From: Alphaproteobacteria bacterium | GTDB taxonomy: Bacteria; Pseudomonadota; Alphaproteobacteria; CACIAM-22H2 | DNA: 64,000 bases | Assembly: GCA_016793165.1 (NCBI GenBank) | Contig: JAEULA010000096.1 | Coordinates: 76,699 to 140,698, forward strand | Reading direction: 5' to 3' | In this document: positions 62,170-64,000 of the stretch, one piece after another | Layout: every line of letters starts with the position of its first letter | Numbering within the stretch: the first letter of the stretch is position 1 | Translations under genes and position numbers: made by a program | The notes under the pieces: model-generated | Told to the model about the DNA's origin: nothing | The model's database searches: none | What the model saw: only the letters and a program-made list of their open reading frames with translations

Positions 62170-64000
62170 ATGATCCCCGAACTCGGCCACGTCGCGCTGA
62201 TGCTGGCGCTGGCGGCCTCGATCGCCCAGGCGATCCTGCCGCTGGTCGGTGCACAGCGCGGGGATCCGCGCCTGATGGCGGTGGCCGCGCCCGCGGCGCA
62301 CGCGCAGTTCGCGATGGTCGCGCTGGCCTTCCTCTGCCTGACCTGGAGCTACGTGACGTCGGACTTTTCGGTCGTCAACGTCGCGCAGAACTCGCACACG
62401 CAGAAGCCGCTCCTCTACAAGATCACCGGCGTATGGGGAAACCACGAGGGCTCGCTGCTGCTCTGGGTCTTCATCCTCGCGGTCTTCGGCAGCGCGGTCG
62501 CCGCCTTCGGCGGCAACCTGCCGCTCGGCCTCAAGGCGCGCGCGCTCAGCATCCAGGCGATGATCGCGGTGGCCTTCCTCGCCTTCATGATCCTGACGTC
62601 GAACCCGTTCCTGCGCATCGATCCGGCGCCGATCGAGGGCCGCGACCTGAATCCGATCCTGCAGGACCCCGGCCTCGCCTTCCATCCGCCGTTCCTCTAT
62701 CTCGGCTATGTCGGCTTCTCGATCGTGTTCTCCTTCGCCGTCGCGGCGCTCATCGAGGGCCGCGTCGACGCGGCCTGGGCGCGCTGGGTGCGGCCGTGGA
62801 CGCTCGCGGCCTGGGCGTCGCTGACCCTCGGCATCGCGCTCGGCTCGTGGTGGGCCTATTACGAGCTCGGCTGGGGCGGCTGGTGGTACTGGGATCCGGT
62901 GGAGAACGCGAGCTTCATGCCCTGGCTCGTGGGCGCCGCGCTGCTGCACAGCGCCCTCGTCGCCGAGAAGCGCGACGCGCTCAAGACCTGGACGATCCTG
63001 CTCGCGATCCTCGCCTTCGCGCTGTCGCTGATCGGCACCTTCATCGTGCGCTCCGGCGTGATCACCTCGGTGCACTCCTTCGCCTCCGACCCCGCACGCG
63101 GCGTGTTCATCCTGGGCATCCTGGTGGTCGCGATCGGCGGCTCGCTCGCGCTCTACGCCTGGCGCGCGCCGCAGCTCCGGCCCGGCGGCGTGTTCGCGCC
63201 GGTGAGCCGCGAAGGCGCGCTGGTGCTCAACAACCTGCTGCTCGCCACGGCCTGCGCCACCGTGTTCATCGGCACGCTCTATCCGCTGTTCCACGAAGGC
63301 GTCACGGGCGGCAAGCTCTCGATCGGCGCGCCGTTCTTCAACGCGACCTTCGTGCCGCTGATGCTGCCGCTCATCGCGGCGATGGCGGTCGGGCCGCTGC
63401 TCGCCTGGAAGCGCGGCGACCTGCCCGGCGCGCTGCGCCGGCTCTGGTTCGCCGCGATCTGCGCCGCCGCGAGCGTCGCGGCGGCGCTCGCGCTCGGCGG
63501 CGAGGCGCCGGTCCTCGCCTATGCCGGCCTCGCCCTCGCCGCGATGTTGGCCGCCGGCGCCGCGATCGAGTTCGCCGAGCGCATCGGCGCGGCACGCCTG
63601 GGCTGGCGCGCGAGCCTGCATCGCGCCCGCAACCTGCCGCGCGCCGCCTGGGGCGCCACCATCGCGCATCTCGGCGTCGCGGTGTGCGTCGCTGGCATGG
63701 TCGTCTCGTCCGCATGGCAGGCGGAGGCGATCCGCCTGATGAAGCCTGGCGAGTCGCTCGACATCGCCGGCTGGCGGGTCACCTTCATGCGGACCGTGCT
63801 CGAGGAGGGGCCGAACTACACGGTCCGGCGCGGCTATTTCGAGGCGCGCAGCGGCGGCGGCCCGGCGATCGTCCTGTCGCCCGCGAAGCGCTACTACCCC
63901 TCCACCGGCATGATCACGACCGAGGCGGCCATCCGCACCTCCGGCTTCGCCGACCTCTACATCACCATCGCCGATCCGAGCGAGGGCAGCGCCCAGGGCG
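62170..64000 (+). CDS. ccmF: Cytochrome c heme lyase subunit CcmF (N-terminal ~610 aa; runs off the right edge).
   Basis: Absent from the track because it is edge-truncated. My own translation gives MIPELGHVALMLALA...GVWGNHEGSLLLW...WAYYELGWGGWWYWDPVENASFMPW (WWD motif). Confidence 0.9.
   Translation, partial: MIPELGHVALMLALAASIAQAILPLVGAQRGDPRLMAVAAPAAHAQFAMVALAFLCLTWSYVTSDFSVVNVAQNSHTQKPLLYKITGVWGNHEGSLLLWVFILAVFGSAVAAFGGNLPLGLKARALSIQAMIAVAFLAFMILTSNPFLRIDPAPIEGRDLNPILQDPGLAFHPPFLYLGYVGFSIVFSFAVAALIEGRVDAAWARWVRPWTLAAWASLTLGIALGSWWAYYELGWGGWWYWDPVENASFMPWLVGAALLHSALVAEKRDALKTWTILLAILAFALSLIGTFIVRSGVITSVHSFASDPARGVFILGILVVAIGGSLALYAWRAPQLRPGGVFAPVSREGALVLNNLLLATACATVFIGTLYPLFHEGVTGGKLSIGAPFFNATFVPLMLPLIAAMAVGPLLAWKRGDLPGALRRLWFAAICAAASVAAALALGGEAPVLAYAGLALAAMLAAGAAIEFAERIGAARLGWRASLHRARNLPRAAWGATIAHLGVAVCVAGMVVSSAWQAEAIRLMKPGESLDIAGWRVTFMRTVLEEGPNYTVRRGYFEARSGGGPAIVLSPAKRYYPSTGMITTEAAIRTSGFADLYITIADPSEGSAQG

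Noticed and set aside
62104-63669. 521-aa minus-strand ORF.
   Set aside because: It is antisense to ccmF, which has unambiguous motifs. The translation is Arg/Asp/Glu-rich low complexity.

Overview
This is a 64-kb, very GC-rich bacterial chromosomal segment (roughly 68-70% by eye, with GC3-saturated codons). The gene content looks alphaproteobacterial: ccmABCDEF, ExoF/GumC-type EPS export, PEP-CTERM proteins and Liv-type ABC plus PaaK genes. That assignment is an inference. Because of the GC content almost every antisense frame is open, so most long Arg/Gly/Asp/Pro-rich ORFs in the track are artefacts. The track also writes GTG/TTG starts as M. I call 51 CDS.

Layout:
(i) 1-13.1 kb, minus strand. 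A translationally coupled operon of three huge ORFs (2772 aa, 1083 aa, and >=497 aa cut by the window edge). I recognise no family membership except an embedded OmpA/MotB-like peptidoglycan-binding module and three tandem ~140-aa Cys-framed repeats. This is my best candidate for an undescribed system.
(ii) 13.3-32.8 kb. MlrC-like M81 peptidase; a PEP-CTERM protein; a class III adenylate cyclase with TPR region; a coupled vanadium-haloperoxidase/PAP2-like plus G1 (eqolisin-type) glutamic peptidase pair; a PhyH dioxygenase; two SDRs; a MacA/MacB-type adaptor and permease with no ATPase; modABC; a Crp/Fnr regulator; DUF2892 plus split YeeE/YedE; and a Liv-type SBP with a LivF-type ATPase.
(iii) 32.9-57.5 kb. 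A ~24.7-kb Wzx/Wzy-type exopolysaccharide cluster: PCP, a degenerate BY-kinase-like protein, flippase, lipoprotein glycoside hydrolase, Wzy, six glycosyltransferases, four methyltransferases, a second PEP-CTERM protein, mini-PAP2, gmd, priming sugar transferase, ExoF/Wza-like exporter and rfbF/rfbG. It sits between the livF-like and paaK-like genes.
(iv) 57.9-64 kb. PaaK-like ligase and ccmABCDEF, with ccmF cut by the right edge.

I saw no rRNA, tRNA, CRISPR array, transposase or integrase. All family calls rest on motifs read by eye, not on searches.
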